A stretch of DNA of 64,000 nt from NCBI GenBank assembly GCA_964016885.1, contig OZ024741.1, positions 150,908,001 through 150,972,000 on the forward strand, read 5' to 3'. Numbering within the stretch: position 1 is the first letter of the stretch; the number at the start of each line of letters is the position of its first letter. The translations under genes and the position numbers were made by a program. The notes under the pieces are model-generated. The model worked only from the letters and a program-made list of their open reading frames with translations. It searched no databases and was not told the origin of the DNA. This document shows positions 1 through 14,259 of the stretch, piece after piece. Source of the stretch: Eledone cirrhosa (lineage: Eukaryota).

Positions 1-890
1 TATACGCATTTGTCTAAATTTATACAAAGAGTATATTGTCTAAAGTTCAAGACGATATTAGTCAGTTATACATAACATAATATAATATAATAAATAAGTT
101 ACTGTTAATATTGTTAAAATTAAGTTTTTAGATCAATAATTATATTAGGATCATGTAATACATATATACTATAAATATACAAATAAAACTTCATGAATCA
201 TAAAGATAAGAACCAGATTAAAAATAAATAAGTAAATGGTTTGCGATCCTATAAGTGCCAAATATCTAAGCTGTATAATTTAAAAATACAAGAACATTTT
301 TTTTAAAAGTATCTATATTGTAGTATAATATCATATTTAAAGTGTCTGCAAACATGAGAAAGAGAAAACTTAAGATTTTCATCGACTGGAAGGTAACCCG
401 AATTTAATTATATTAAAAAATAATAATCGTTATATAATTTAGAAAATATTTAACAATTATAACACTAGAATGTCCTTAAGTATCTAAAGTACTTATAAAA
501 GTAGCTAGAAGCATGTTATTAAACTAGATATACAGTTTTGTCTAAATATAAACAGAGTATTCTGTTCGGAACTCAAGACGATATTAGTGATCCATATACA
601 TATAATAAATAATAAATACAATCATTGTTAGTAAAGTTATAATTGAAGTTTTACATCGAGTTAAGTGGAAAAAGTTTGTCGACTAGGATCGTGTGCGATG
701 CATATACCATAAATATATATAAACATTAAATCAAACATCCTGAATCTTAAAACCAACATACTCCAAATGAATAAATACATAAATACATAAATACATGAAT
801 GGTTTACGGTTCCTTACAACTGTTAACCATATAAGCTATATATTTAAAAAAATACAAGAATCCCGATCAAATTAAATGTATCTACACAAT
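1..890. repeat. Diverged tandem duplication (~530 bp period) downstream of the minus-strand PLE
   Basis: 1-345 aligns by eye to 529-890 (TTTGTCTAAA..AGAGTAT..TCAAGACGATATTAGT; TAGGATC; AATGGTTT; AAGCT..TTTAAAAA..TACAAGAA). Confidence 0.7.
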
Positions 891-1062
891 CAAATGATAT
901 GCATATTCATCAAGAGATCATGTTAACAATCTATATGTTTATAATTCTATATAGAACCCTTAATCTAAGATTAATCATATTATAAATGAATAAAAATTAT
1001 TATAAGGTTTTATAACATTACGCACTCAGTTGATAAGAAACGTCAAAAATTAGAAGCTATTT

Positions 1063-2460
1063 ATTTAGTGTTTTTTCCTGACTTTTGCGAGGCTTGGAAT
1101 GTAGAGGAGGCTTTATGAAGGCAATTTGAGAATAATTCACTTTTTTTGTTAATTAAATTTTCATAATTAGTAATTATTAATAGGGTCTCCATAGACAAAG
1201 ATTGCAGTTAGGTGATATTGAAGAATTCAAGTAGATTCGACTATTACACAGCTTCGACCAAGAAATCGAGTATTTTAAATTTTTGTCTTTTAACGACAAT
1301 ATAAGTTGTGATAAAGAAGTCGAAGATTTCCTATTAGGATTCGACAAAGAACATTTGTGATTCGAAAATCTTAATTTAAATGTCGATGAAGTTGCACCTA
1401 TATAGTTGTATGTGATGTTATTTGCTTTTACGGTGCATTTATAGACCAGATTGCTATCCAGACAATTATTTTGCAGAGGGCAATTTGATCTATTTCTACA
1501 ATTATATTTCGATTTATTGTTATTACTATAAGTTGGACAATTGACATTAGCATTGTTAGTACTTTGAAGTGTTCTATTGATTATGCTTAGATTAATGTTA
1601 TTGTTATTCCTAGTATTAATATTGCTAGTGTTATTATATTCATTATCGCTAATTGTTTGTTGATTATGATTTAAAATTCTACTATTTATTTTTGCGATGT
1701 TCTGGGTCATATTCATAGTTGTAGAATAAGAAAGCTTAATTGTGTGTCTGTTAAATATGGAACGGTATTTGTGTTGAATGGTGAAGCATTTATCTAAAGC
1801 TTTAAAGAATAGATTTGCGAGTGGTGTTTTTATTGCTACAGAAGCTGGGGGGGGGGGGGCATATAACTGATTTAGTTCTGATTTTTTTCACCGATTTATT
1901 CACGGTATTGGTGTTTGTATTATAATTTTTTAAATCTCGTTTATATATTTTTGTCTTATTTTTATCAGGATTATAATTCAAATTATTATTATCTATATAT
2001 TCAATATTATTTTTATAACCTGCCTTACGTAGCGCGTCATTATAATATCCTGCCTTTTCATCAAATATGGATTTATTAGCGGATATTCTAGTTATGCGTT
2101 TCTGTACACTATTGACTATTGTATTTTTCACGGATTTGGGGTGATTAGAGTAATAGCTAACGTAATTTAAGTTTTCATTGGGATTATGGAAAGGGTAATA
2201 AAATCCTGAGTTTAAGTTAAGGGTAACGTCAAGGAAATTAACTATTTTGGTACTACTTTCAACTTCTAATTTAAGGTCGTAATTTTTAAAGAATTCAATT
2301 ATAGTTTTCTTAACCCTATTTAGTTCTGTATTGCTATGCTTGACAACGGTAAATAAAATATCGTCCCTATATAAACCACCGGTAATCTCCGGCAGTTTTC
2401 TATTTACCATATTTAAGATAAAAATCCCCAGAAGATCGGTGACCCGCGCAGAGTCCGATG
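1063..2460 (-). mobile_element. 5'-truncated Penelope-like element, Hydra-like clade (RT C-terminus + GIY-YIG endonuclease), frameshifted
   Basis: ORF 1802-2410 has GGLYRDD and NFLDVTL. ORF 1177-1716 has a (Y)NCRNRSNCPL linker and LVY..YIGATSSTFKLRFSNHK. It is homologous to ORF 17667-19262. Frameshifts lie at the G-run near 1850 and near 1190. Confidence 0.9.
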
Positions 2461-2761
2461 TATGTGTGTGTGTATGTACGTGTGTGAGAGTTGGTGTATG
2501 TATAGGTAGCTCACACTTTCAAACATATATACATAAATTATACATAGTCATTAGACAAGATCATGACAGCTATCAAGCTATGAAGCGACTCAAATTCCCC
2601 ATCAAATTTCTCATCTTCACCCAATGTTCTTCGATTTTTTATTCTTTACTAAGAATAAAGTAGACGAGAAAACTTCATTAATTTGGCAGTAATATAATTT
2701 TATATTATATATCGATACCTTCGCTGTACAGTGCAGAATATCTGAACGTTTCACCTTAACT

Positions 2762-3150
<389 letters not shown>

Positions 3151-3151
<1 letters not shown>

Positions 3152-4251
3152 CCAGTTAGACATTGCGTTGAAAACTGCAACAATTGGATTATCCACATAT
3201 CTAAGGGAATCACATGATTGGATGATCAAACTCGTTTTGAAACACGAAAGCACCAAAAGATCATATTCCATTACAAAAGATGCACAAAGATACAGTAATG
3301 GACTACAAATTTCAGAAGTCCCATTTACTGCTGAAATGGAAAACACAGAAAAAGCAAAGCAGGTAAAAGTAACTGCAAAGAAAGAACTGCTACAGAAACT
3401 GGCTAAGAAATGGCAAGAAAAGCCTCTGTATGGAAAATACCCAGAGCGAGCTAACAATCCTGATGTTGACAAAACTTTAACCCATCAGTGGTTGGCATCC
3501 TCTGGACTGAAATCGGAGACTGAAGGACTGATTATATCGGCACAAGATCAGTGTCTGCCAACAAAAAATTACCAAGCCAACATAATAAAAAATGGGTGCA
3601 GCCCATTATGCCGTGTATGCAAAAAACAACCAGAGACCATTGACTATATAATTTCAATGTGCAGTCCTATAGCTCCAACCGAATACCTAAACAGGCATGA
3701 CAGAGCTGCACAATACATACATTGGATAATGTGTAAGCATTTTGACCTGCCCTGTGGAACTTTAGCATCCAAACAGACCGAAAAATAGATGCAAATAGAC
3801 CTGATATAATATTGAAGGACTTTCAAAGGAGGGTATGCCTGCTAATTGATATGTCTGTTCCAATAGACAAGAATGTATCTATAAAAACATTTGAAAAATT
3901 GAGCAAGTATAAGGACCTGGAGATAGAAATTGGAAAAATGTGGAAATTGAGAACTAAAACAATACCAGTGGTTGTAGGCGCTCTGGGAATGATACCTAAG
4001 GGGTCTAACGACTACTTATCGCAAATCCCAGGAAACCCGCGTATAGGAGAAATACAAAAGATAGTACTAATGGGAACTGCCCATATACTAAGGAAGATCC
4101 TGTCAATATAAGTACATCACAAGTCTAAACACTAAGGATGCATGTGTGAATATGTGTGTTCTTTCTTGAACATGGCGGACCTTGTTGTCTCTTGAGGTCA
4201 CTGGTTGTGACTTGGTGATAACTCGTATAAACATAAAGCAAGATAAATGCA

Positions 4252-4252
<1 letters not shown>
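3151..4252 (+). mobile_element. R4/Dong-type RLE non-LTR retrotransposon, family A, 5'-truncated with internal deletion
   Basis: CRVC..ETIDYIISMC zinc knuckle, RHD, and (R)PDI..IDMSVP..KY.DL RLE motifs. Flanked by (AAT)n and near-identical to 6087-7240. Confidence 0.9.
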
Positions 4253-4286
<34 letters not shown>

Positions 4287-4288
<2 letters not shown>

Positions 4289-5260
4289 TTCAGATGGAGA
4301 AAAACAACCTATACAAATACGTGACCTATAGTAAGGAGCCAATGCTCAGAACTGTACTGAAGGAGGGGACAGTAGGCCAGGGGATGTCCAGGGAGGAAAT
4401 AACATCAAGGAGGAAGAGCAGCCTTAAGGGAAAATCCCTTCATAGTACCTTCTTTGAGAAAACTGAATTTAGAGATCCACAGACATGGAACTGGTTGAGA
4501 AGAGGAGACCTCAAAAAGGCTACAGAAGGAATGCTAATGGCTGCGCAGGAACAGGCCCTCAAAACGAAGTGGTTGAAGCACCATATCTACAAGGAGGAGG
4601 CTAGCCCACTGTGCAGGATCTGTGGAGAGAGAGAGGAGACTGTGGCTCACATTGTGTCCGAGTGTAAACACCTAGCCCAGACCCACTATAAGGGCTGGAG
4701 ACACGATGTGATGGGCAGGGTGATCCACTGGCACCTGTGAAAAGTAAACAATCTACCACATTCTGAGAAATGGTATGAGCATAGGCCAGAGGCGGTGATG
4801 GAGAACAATCACGTGAAGGTGCTGTGGGATTTTAGGATACAGACGGACAAAAAACTGGAACACAATAGACCTGACCTGGTGGTTGTGGACAAAGAAAAAA
4901 GATCGTGCCTGATTGTGGATGTGGCCTGCCCGTTCGACACGAGAGTGCAAGAGAAGGAGAGGGAGAAAATTAACCGATACCAGGACCTAAAGTGGGAGGT
5001 GAAAAGGATTTGGAACTGCCATGAAGTCAAAGTGATCCCGATTGTCATAGGCGCACTGGGGACTATCTCCAAAAGTTTCCAGGGATGGTTAAAGAAAATC
5101 GGCCCCTTCACGCTTTTTGGAACGCTTCAAAAGGCATGCTTGCTTGGAACAGCAAGAACCCTCCGATACGTCCTGAATATCTGAGGCTGCAGGTAGTGGC
5201 TTGATATTCAATCCAACGGACTTTCCAGTTAACCAACATCAATGACTGAGATTCAAGGAA
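4287..5260 (+). mobile_element. R4/Dong-type RLE retrotransposon, family B, 3' fragment
   Basis: ORFs 4294-4740 (CRICGEREETVAHIVSEC, RHD) and 4795-5184 (RPDLVV..VDVACP..KINRYQDL). (AAT)n on both sides. Confidence 0.9.
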
Positions 5261-5290
5261 TAACAATAACAATAATAATAATAATAATAA

Positions 5291-7243
5291 TTGGATTGAA
5301 AAATGTTTAGAGATTTTCAAAATATCTCCCGTTGTCAGGAGGTTTCTGTCATTCAGTATGAAGACATGGAAAACGACACTCCTTTTGAATAGTGAAACAA
5401 AATGACTGGAAACTGGAGAAGTTAATATTAATTGTGGAATTTTTCAGGGTGACTCTTTATCACCGCTTTATTCTGCATCGCACTTATACCATTAAGTAAA
5501 ATGCTGAATGAAACAAAACATGGATATAAAGTCTATGACAAAACCATTAATCACTTGTTCTACATGGATGACCTGAAACTATTTGCAAAAAATGATGAAC
5601 AATTGCAAGGGCTATTATCCACTGTGGAGCAGTTCAGTGATGACATTAAAATGGAGTTTGGACTAGATAAATGCGCCAAAGCAACGTTCTCCAGAGGAAA
5701 GCTTCTGAAAAGTTCAGACATTAATCTTGATCGGGGGAATGTGATAAGAGAACTTGATTAAGAGGAAACTTACAAATATCTAGGTGTTTGTGAAGGAGAC
5801 GGAATCAAGCACTCGACAATGAGGGAAATGATAAGGAAGGAATGTTACCGCAGAGTAAGAGCAATCTTTAGAACGGAATTGAATGGAAGGAATAGGATCG
5901 ATGCCATAAACACGCTTGCCATACCAGTAGTAACCTACAGTTACAATGTCATCAACTGGTCAAGCACAGAGATCCGTAGGCTCGATACAAAAATTCGAAA
6001 ATTCTTAACCATGCACAGAATACATCACCCTAAGGCAGATACAGATAGAATATATCTCCCTAGGAAAGAAGGAGGACGTGGGTTATTCCAGTTAGACATT
6101 GTGTTGAAAACTGCAACTATTGGATTATCTACATATCTAAGGGAATCACATGATTGGATGATCAAACTCGTTTTGAAACACGAAAGCATCAAAAGATCAT
6201 ACTCCATTACAAAAGATGCACAAAGATACAGTAATGGACTACAAATTTCAGAAGTCCCATTTACTGCTGAAATGGAAAACACAGAAAAAGCAAAGCAGGT
6301 AAAAGTAACTGCAAAGAAACTGGCTAAGAAATGGCAAGAAAAGCCTCTGTATGGAAAATACCCAGAGCGAGCTAACAATCCTGATGTTGACAAAACTTTA
6401 ACCCATCAGTGGTTGGCATCCTCTGGACTGAAATCGGATACTGAAGGACTGATTATATCAGCACAAGATCAGCGTCTGCCAACAAAAAATTACCAAGCCA
6501 ACATAATAAAAAATGGATGCAGCCCATTATGCCGTGTATGTAAAAAACAACCAGAGACCATTGGCCATATAATTTCAATGTGCAGTCCTATAGGTCCAAC
6601 CGAATACCTAAACAGGCATGACAGAGCTGCACAATACATACATTGGATAATGTGTAAGCATTTTGACCTGCCCCATCAAAATAATTGGTGGGAGCATCAA
6701 CCACCTCCCATACTTGACACAGATCACATCTCAATCTTGTGGAACTTTAGCATCCAAACAGACCGAAAAATAGATGCAAATAGACCTGATATAATACTGA
6801 AGGACTTTAAAAAGAGGGTATGCATGCTAATTGATATGTCCGTTCCAGTAGACAAGAATGTATCTATAAAAACATTTGAAAAATTGAGCAAGTATAAGGA
6901 CCTGGAGATAGAAATTGGAAAAATATTGAAATTGAGAACTAAAACAATACCAGTGGTTGTAGGCGCTCTAGGAATGATACCTAAGGGGTCTAATGATTAC
7001 TTATCGCAAATCCCAGGAAACGCGCGTATAGGAGAAATACAAAAGATAGTACTAATGGGAACTGCCCATATACTAAGGAAGATTCTGTCAATATAAGTAC
7101 ATCACAAGTCTAAGCACCTAAAGATGCATGTGTGAGTATGTATGTTCTTTCTTGAACATGGCGGACCTTGTTGTCTCTTGAGGTCACTGGTTGTGACTTG
7201 GTGATAACTCGTATGAACATAAAGCAAGATAAATGCAGCTGTA
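5291..7243 (+). mobile_element. R4/Dong-type RLE retrotransposon, family A, longer 5'-truncated copy
   Basis: GIFQGDSLSP near 5437, HLFYMDDLKLF, FGLDKC and YKYLG, then the zinc knuckle and RLE. (AAT)n flanks. Confidence 0.92.
5819..7096 (+). pseudogene. C-terminal ORF segment (RT thumb, CCHC knuckle, RLE nuclease) of Dong family A
   Basis: 425-aa open segment: RIYLPRKEGGRGL, CRVC..HIISMC, RHD, RPDII..IDMS..KYKDL. Stops and frameshifts lie upstream. Confidence 0.85.
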
Positions 7244-7332
7244 ATAATAATAATAATAATAATAAGATTAAATACCCCTTACATCCGAACTTAATAGAAC
7301 AGGGTACGGTTATAGAATTGACAAAAAAAAAG

Positions 7333-9040
7333 ATTTGAAGCTATATTGCAAAGATAATGACGAACTGGAAGGCCTTTTGCGGACAGTAAAAACGTTTAGC
7401 GATGACATCAGATGGAGTTTGGACTTGACAAGTGTGCAAAAGCCACTTTCAAGAAGGGGAAGCTTGTCAGCTCAGACCCAGTTGAATTGGATGCTGAAAC
7501 AATCATAACGGAACTTAAGCAGGAACAAACCTATAAATACTTAGGGATTAATGAGGGCTCTGGCATACAGCATGCAAGTATGAAAGAGAAGATAAGGAAA
7601 GAATGTTACAGGAGAGTACGTGCAGTTCTGAGATAAGAACTAAACGCTCGTAACAAGGTGCTAGCCATAAATTCCTTGGCAGTCCCAGTTGTCACTTATA
7701 GCTTCGGTGTGTTGAACTGGAATATGAGTGAAATCAAAAGAATTGACCCCAAAGTCCGTAAGCTACTGACCTGTAATCGGATACACCACCCAAAAGCATA
7801 TGTGGATCGTCTTTACCTTCCTAGAACTCAAGGAGGCCGTGGCCTGATCCAATTTGAACTTGCTTACAAGACCACCATCATTGGACTGGCCAAATACTTT
7901 GAAACAACTAACGAGTGTATGCTGAAACTTGTTGAAAAGCATGAGAGAAGTAAGAAGCTTCATTCTATCTTGAAGGAGAGCAAAGAATATGCTACTGATC
8001 TCATGCTTGATACCCAGACTGGACAGACTAAAGAAACTGTTGCAACTGATGCTGCTAGGCACATAAAATCACTGGCAAAAGGAAAAGGCAAGGACAATTA
8101 GCATCAAATTGGATACAGAAACCTCTGCATGTCAAATATGTTGCCCGTAGCAAACAAGCTGATGTTGACCAAAAGCACACCCATCAGTGGGTAAGTAGTT
8201 CAGGGCTAAAGGCGGAGAGTGAAGGTTTCATCTTAGCTGCCCAAGATCAAAGCTTATTGACTCGTAATTACCAGGCCAAAGTGATGAGAAACGGAATAAA
8301 CCCAAAGTGCCGATTCTGCAATGCTGAGGTTGAAACAGTGGATCACCTAGTCTCTGGATGTAAAGTTTTAGCACCAGTAGAATACAAATATAGACATGAC
8401 AGAGTTGGCCAATATCTACACTGAGTAATATGTCGGCATTACAAAATCAAAGCTGAAGACAAGTGGTACAATCATCACCCTGAGGCTGTAACTGAAGGAG
8501 AAAAAGTAACAATTCTCTGGGACTTTCCTGTACATACTGACAAGACCATAAAAGCAAATAGACCTGACATCATTGTAAAAGATCAACATAACAAGATATG
8601 TTTATTGATAGATATGAGCATCCCATGTGATCACAATATCGCGGCAAAAGAATTTGACGAGCTACGAAAATATAAAGATCTGCTTATTGAAATTGAGAAA
8701 ATGTGGCACCTCAAGGCAGTTACAATACCAGTGATTGTGGGAGGACTGAGTATGATCAAGAAAGGAACAGAACAATATTTGCGAATGATTCCTGGTTTAC
8801 CCTCTCTGCATGAGGTGCAAAAAATTGTTTTGACTGGTACTGCACACGTATTGAGAAGAGCGCTATCTCTGTAAGAGATATATGCATATGCCCATGTGTA
8901 TATATGTATACTGTTTTTTTTAAAATTATAATCAATGTGCTGTATTAACTGGCTTACCAATGCACACTGAATTTATTTGCCGTAGGTGTCAGGAAGACAC
9001 TCGGCATATATCTCAGAAACAATAATGAAATAAAATAAAA
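7333..9040 (+). mobile_element. R4/Dong-type RLE retrotransposon, family C, degenerate 3' part
   Basis: ORFs 7412-7636, 7658-8101 and 8605-8874 are homologous to family A (FGLDKC, RLYLPRTQGGRGL, IDMSIP..KYKDL). Ends in (CAA)n(TAA)n. Confidence 0.9.
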
Positions 9041-9045
9041 ATGAT

Positions 9046-9081
<36 letters not shown>

Positions 9082-9526
9082 AATAATAAGAGTAATAGTA
9101 TTTATAATATTGATAGTGATATTCCCTATTTGGTTGCTTGTCCAATATCCAACATCAAAATAGCTGCTATTATTGTTCGTACCATAAACATTATTCTTAT
9201 TATTCCCTCTAATGCAATTATTCAGGATGCGTTGGCGACGTTGCAAATTAGATTCCGCTCAAAAGTTGACAGAGACAGAAGGTGTGCTGAAGAGGAAGCT
9301 GAGCTTAAAGATGATGTACAGATATGTGTCTGGTTCGCGACGCTTTGTAAAAATGAAATAGTAATGCCATTCTTGTATTTATCACTCTTATTCGATTATT
9401 TATGATTGCTGGGACGGTTGTACCGATGGGGAGAAAACAATGGTCTCTATTAAGTAGTATAATTGCACAACGTTTTCATATGAATTAGTGTCGACGAAAG
9501 TAGTTGAAGAAGAAGAAAGATTGACG

Positions 9527-9571
<45 letters not shown>

Positions 9572-9599
9572 TTCTAAATCAACCGTAAGGATAAAGATC

Positions 9600-10500
9600 G
9601 AGGACAGTATATAATTATTTCTTTATTGGACTCTAGAGTCTAAACACAGGACAATACAAATGAACAAGGTCAATAAATCGAGTGAGGAGAAAAAACAGAT
9701 GATAAGGTAACAGAATAACAATGAATAACACCAACAGAATTCCCTAATAAGGATAGTATCACCCAAGAGTAATTTGAGAATCGCACAGACCCGGAATCAC
9801 CCCGATCTCCACCACTACTATAGGAAAATGCCCATCTCCCCTCTGAACTCTCCAGTCTATAGGTGTATGCTTACAGTAAGTATCCTTACTTGGGCCTTTC
9901 TCTTTACATTCACCCACCATTTAATAAATATACTGGTGTGCAGCACGTCTCTTACAAACTCATCTTCATTTCGACATTTTCACGGAACATGAACATGTCG
10001 ATGAGGGCCAGGTTAAAGAGGATTATGTCTATCTTCAGTCATTTCTGTCTTATCCACCACATAACCTCTCTCGCCATAAGAAGGAGGCGGGGAAACCAGC
10101 AATGCAAGGAGACTCGTCGAGTGCATGCATAATGGTTTCATTGCTCTGCGTACATCACGGCTATCTATGCATGTATGTATGTAGCTGGTATCACCACACA
10201 GATTACATCGAATCTTTCTGCCCTCAACTACTTCATGCATCTCAACCCCATTCAGCAGGCCAATGAAGTGTTTATTAACATTTTATTAACATTTTCTGGC
10301 TTAATTGGAAGAAGTGCCTCCAAACTGATCCAAGAGCAGTTCTCCTATCGCGTTCTCATTAGTTCCCTCTAGGACAGTGGATGTCAGGATCCACCAGATA
10401 TCCAACATCAGTGACATTCCTGAAAACTTGACAATTATTGTTCTTCCTAAATAAGAAGGGAAGAGTTCGTATCCATCGCTGTGACAAGGAACCACAGATT
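9600..10500 (-). mobile_element. Decayed L1/Tx1-like LINE remnant
   Basis: The minus strand near 10125-10165 reads P*CTQSNETIMHAL (CxxC..ETxxH knuckle-like), followed by AREVMWWIR. Boundaries are uncertain. Confidence 0.4.
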
Positions 10501-10742
10501 GCTTGACTGCGAAGAATTTGCTTTTAAAAAATACTGTTTTGCCACCAAACGGCTTTGTTCATGCGACATGTTTAATTTGTCATAATATGTCTTTCAAGGG
10601 CCTTTGATATAAGGGCAGCGCTGCAAATGCTGTTGTGGATTTTATGGTTGTAATAGATGTTTTCCCGTGGATGTGGTGGTGGCGGCGGCAGTATCAGATA
10701 TTTTCAATGGTAGAAAAATTTCTGTTACTTCACGTAATTTGC

Positions 10743-10775
<33 letters not shown>

Positions 10776-11094
10776 TGTTGTTTTCTGCAGTGGTCGAATT
10801 TTCAGTTGAAATTTAGTTTTTCCATTTTGTGTACAAGCGGCTGTTTTTTTCTGCGGATGAAATTAATTTTTTTTATCATGTTTTTCAAACAAAATTTGCT
10901 GTGTATTCTTAATTACACGCAGATTTATCCATTAAGGGTGAGATCTTTAGAAATCCAGTCAGTGTAGCCATAAAACAAGACAACATTTTCCACAAAAACG
11001 TTTTAAACCGGATGAAAAATCAACAGCAGAATTCGAAGAGATTGAAAGCAAACATGAGCAATAATAATCATGATGATGATGATGATAATAATAA

Positions 11095-11303
11095 TAATTG
11101 TTTCTGATTTAGGCACAAATCCAGCAATTTTGGGAGAGAGGAAAGTCGATTAAATCGACCCCAGTGCGTGACAGGTACTTATTTTATCGACCCCATAAGG
11201 ATGAAAGGCAAAGCTAACCTCGGCGGAATTTTAACTCAGAAAGTAAAGGGCCGCAACTCTATGCTTCAATGTATATTGTCCGACGCTCTATCGATACTGC
11301 CAA
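11095..11303 (-). mobile_element. tRNA-derived SINE (S1-related variant)
   Basis: TTTTATCGACCCCATAAGGATGAAAGGCAAAG core and tail homologous to S1. Confidence 0.8.
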
Positions 11304-12489
11304 TTTATAAGAAGCAGCTTGGATATTCCAATAACTTAGGATATCCTTCGCTGTTAGATATCACAGCTCACCAGGAGTCATTCTCAATCCAAGAAAGCAA
11401 TTTTTAAGTGACCGTTACTGGTGATAATTTCGAAGGGGAAAATATCACATCGTAGGTGGTCAGTTAGATGGGTAGCAAAAAGCGGACGATTGGCGAGTAA
11501 ACAGAATTACTAGAAAACGCAGTCCGTTTCCACCTAAATTTTTAAAGGTAACTTTTTTATGTGGTTTTCTCTTCCCACTTATGATTTTATAATGCTCTGA
11601 ATAATTGATTATTTAATTCATTCATTCATTGAGCAAAACTGGATATCCTTATATGTATGTTGGACACCCTTATATGTATGTTTGTATGTATGTAGGTGGG
11701 CGAGAGGCAGAGTAAATATATATATATATAATACTGAAACGAAGTCATCGGATAAGACCGAAATGCCTTCTGTCGTTTTCCCACTTCCTCAATGTTTTAA
11801 TTAAGCCAGCATTATTGAGATACTAGCCAAAAGGAAAGCAGTGTTTAATACTTATACGTTAAATAGCTAAAAAATAATTTGGTGTGTGTATATAGTTGAT
11901 TCTCTAGCCCTAGACTAGTACACTAGTTTCTGCTACTCCATATGTTGGCGACATGTATATATTTACTGAGAATTCTCTTTTTCTCACGTCATGGTTACAG
12001 TATATTGTTTTATAGAAAAACAACCAAAAGCAAATTCAAAACAATAGCAAATCAAAAAATTGTAACGAAATGTTTAAATTGACGCTCGAGTGTAGGTGTG
12101 ACGGTTGGTGAGAAATTGGTTACAATTGCCAGATCAATTATTTCCAATGTCTTTACATGATTTATTTGATGTGTTCACTGTTTTACAGGGAATTATCACA
12201 GTAATTGATACAAAAAACACACGCTTGAAACTGTCACAGAAATGTTAAATAAACAGATAACTAAATAGAGAACTAAATAGATAGATAAACAGATAAGACA
12301 ACTTGTGATATAGATTAGTTTAAAATATATAGGCCAGACATTTCATTTTTCTGATTCTGGTAATGAGGTTTCCTTTAGTCAGTTGTTTTAGCTCACATTG
12401 AATGCCTTTCTAATATTTACAATGTAAAAGTATATCTGTTCTCATTCAGCTAGCAAGGAGCCGAATGACGTTGCAACACATTGCTGCCA

Positions 12490-13520
12490 TATTTTAATAG
12501 ATTGTGATGATGGTGGGAATAATGGGGATGGTGTGGATGTTGGTGATCGTGGTCTGAATGGTAGGATGGTGTGGATGGTGATGGTGGTGCTGACGGTGTA
12601 GATGGCAATGGTGGTAATGATGGTGATGATAGTGGGGTGGTGGTGTGGATGGTGAGATGGTATAGATGGTGGGATTGTGGAGATGGTGGGATGGTAAGAA
12701 GAATGGGGATGGTGGAGAGGATGATAAGGAAGATGGGGAGAGGGTGGGGATAGTTGGAATCGTAGGGACGATGGATATGGTGTAGATGGTGGTTATGGTA
12801 TGGATGGTGTGGCTGGCGGGATGGAGTAAATGGTATGGAGAGTGAGTATGGTACGGATGGGGGGGATAATTGAAGTCGTCGGGATGGTGGGAGTGATTGG
12901 TATGGGGGAATGGTGATGGTGATGTAGATGGTGGGGATGATGATTGGGGTAATGAACAAAATATGAATAACAATGAATTCCAGCAATGTTATTATTTCCA
13001 TTTGAGTATTAAAGCACATTTATCATCCACTCTCCTCCTCCTCATCATCGTCATCAGCACCACCACCACCACCACCACCATCACTATCAACAAAACCACC
13101 ATTAACATCACCGTCATCACCATTAATATCCTCCTCCTCTTTCTCCTCTTCATCCCCCCCCCCTCCTCCTCCTCCTCCTCCTCCTTATCCTCTCCTTTTT
13201 CATCATCATCACCAGCAATTTCACCATCATCATCATCATCATCTTTAAGAAATGGGTGAAGGAATAGTGACGTACAGGAATGATGTTAAGTTGAGAAGGA
13301 AAGAGAAAAAGAAAAAGAAAAAGAAAAAGAAAAAGAAAAAGAAAAAAGAAAAAGAAAGAGAAAGAGAAAAAGAAAAAGAAAAAGGAAAAGAAAAAAGAAA
13401 AACAAAAGAAGAGAAGAAAATAAGAAAAAGAAGAATAAGAATAAGATAGACGAAGAAAAAGAAGAAAACAAATAAGATAAAGGCGAAGAACAAAAAAAAA
13501 AAATGAAAATAAAATCTGAA
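12490..13520. repeat. Low-complexity block: degenerate (GAT/GGT)n, (CAT/CAC/CCT)n and polypurine (GAAAAA)n
   Basis: Direct reading. Confidence 0.85.
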
Positions 13521-14148
13521 AAAATACCAATTGAAGACAATATAAAATATAAAAAGTGAGATGGTGTAGTTTTAGTGAAACGGTTTTCCGTCGGTCTCAA
13601 CGATAACTGTTCCCGTTTTTCGATGAAAGAAAAAGCCTGCTTATGAAATTAAGGCTCTTTTATTGTAAGTAACTGAGAATCCTATATAATTTGATTGACG
13701 TGAATATGTTTAGTAATGTAATAAATTAAATAATAAATATTTATGTTAAATGAAACGTATATTAGATAATTGTAATGTAGATCAGCCAAAGATGTATAGA
13801 AACGAAGGACAGCGGCTGATGTAGCTCGATTCGATGGGCACAGTAATACAATTACATTCACAGCGATAATGCACTCGATGCTAACACGACCTTTTATACA
13901 GACATGTGTACTTATATATTTACACTCAAGCGTATTACATCACATCCTCAATCCCCTTCCGTCTTTGCTGCCTTGGTATGTCAAACACACCTGTAATGTA
14001 ACGGCTTCCTAAACATACCCATTTTTCATACTCCACAATACTTGAAGCAAATTACAACACACATACACGCCCCCCCCCCCCATATATATATATAGTGAAA
14101 GAATGAAGAGTATCATGGTTGGCTGTACAACAAGGGGTTTTATTTCAG

Positions 14149-14259
14149 GTATTGACTATTGTTTCATTGATCAGGTGAGTCTAGAGGTCGCTAATCGCTC
14201 GAAGTTGCGTCACTCGATCTCCATTACATTATTTACCTCTGACCAACTCATCAGAATAC
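14149..14259 (-). ncRNA. Type I hammerhead ribozyme motif with long stem II
   Basis: GUAUU-CUGAUGA-[GUUGGUCAG..CUGAUCAAU]-GAAA-CAAUAG-UC-AAUAC, with a 5-bp stem I. Confidence 0.75.

Noticed and set aside
12450-13600. Pro/His-rich and Phe/Ser-rich ORFs
   Set aside because: They arise from stop-poor low-complexity sequence in several frames at once.
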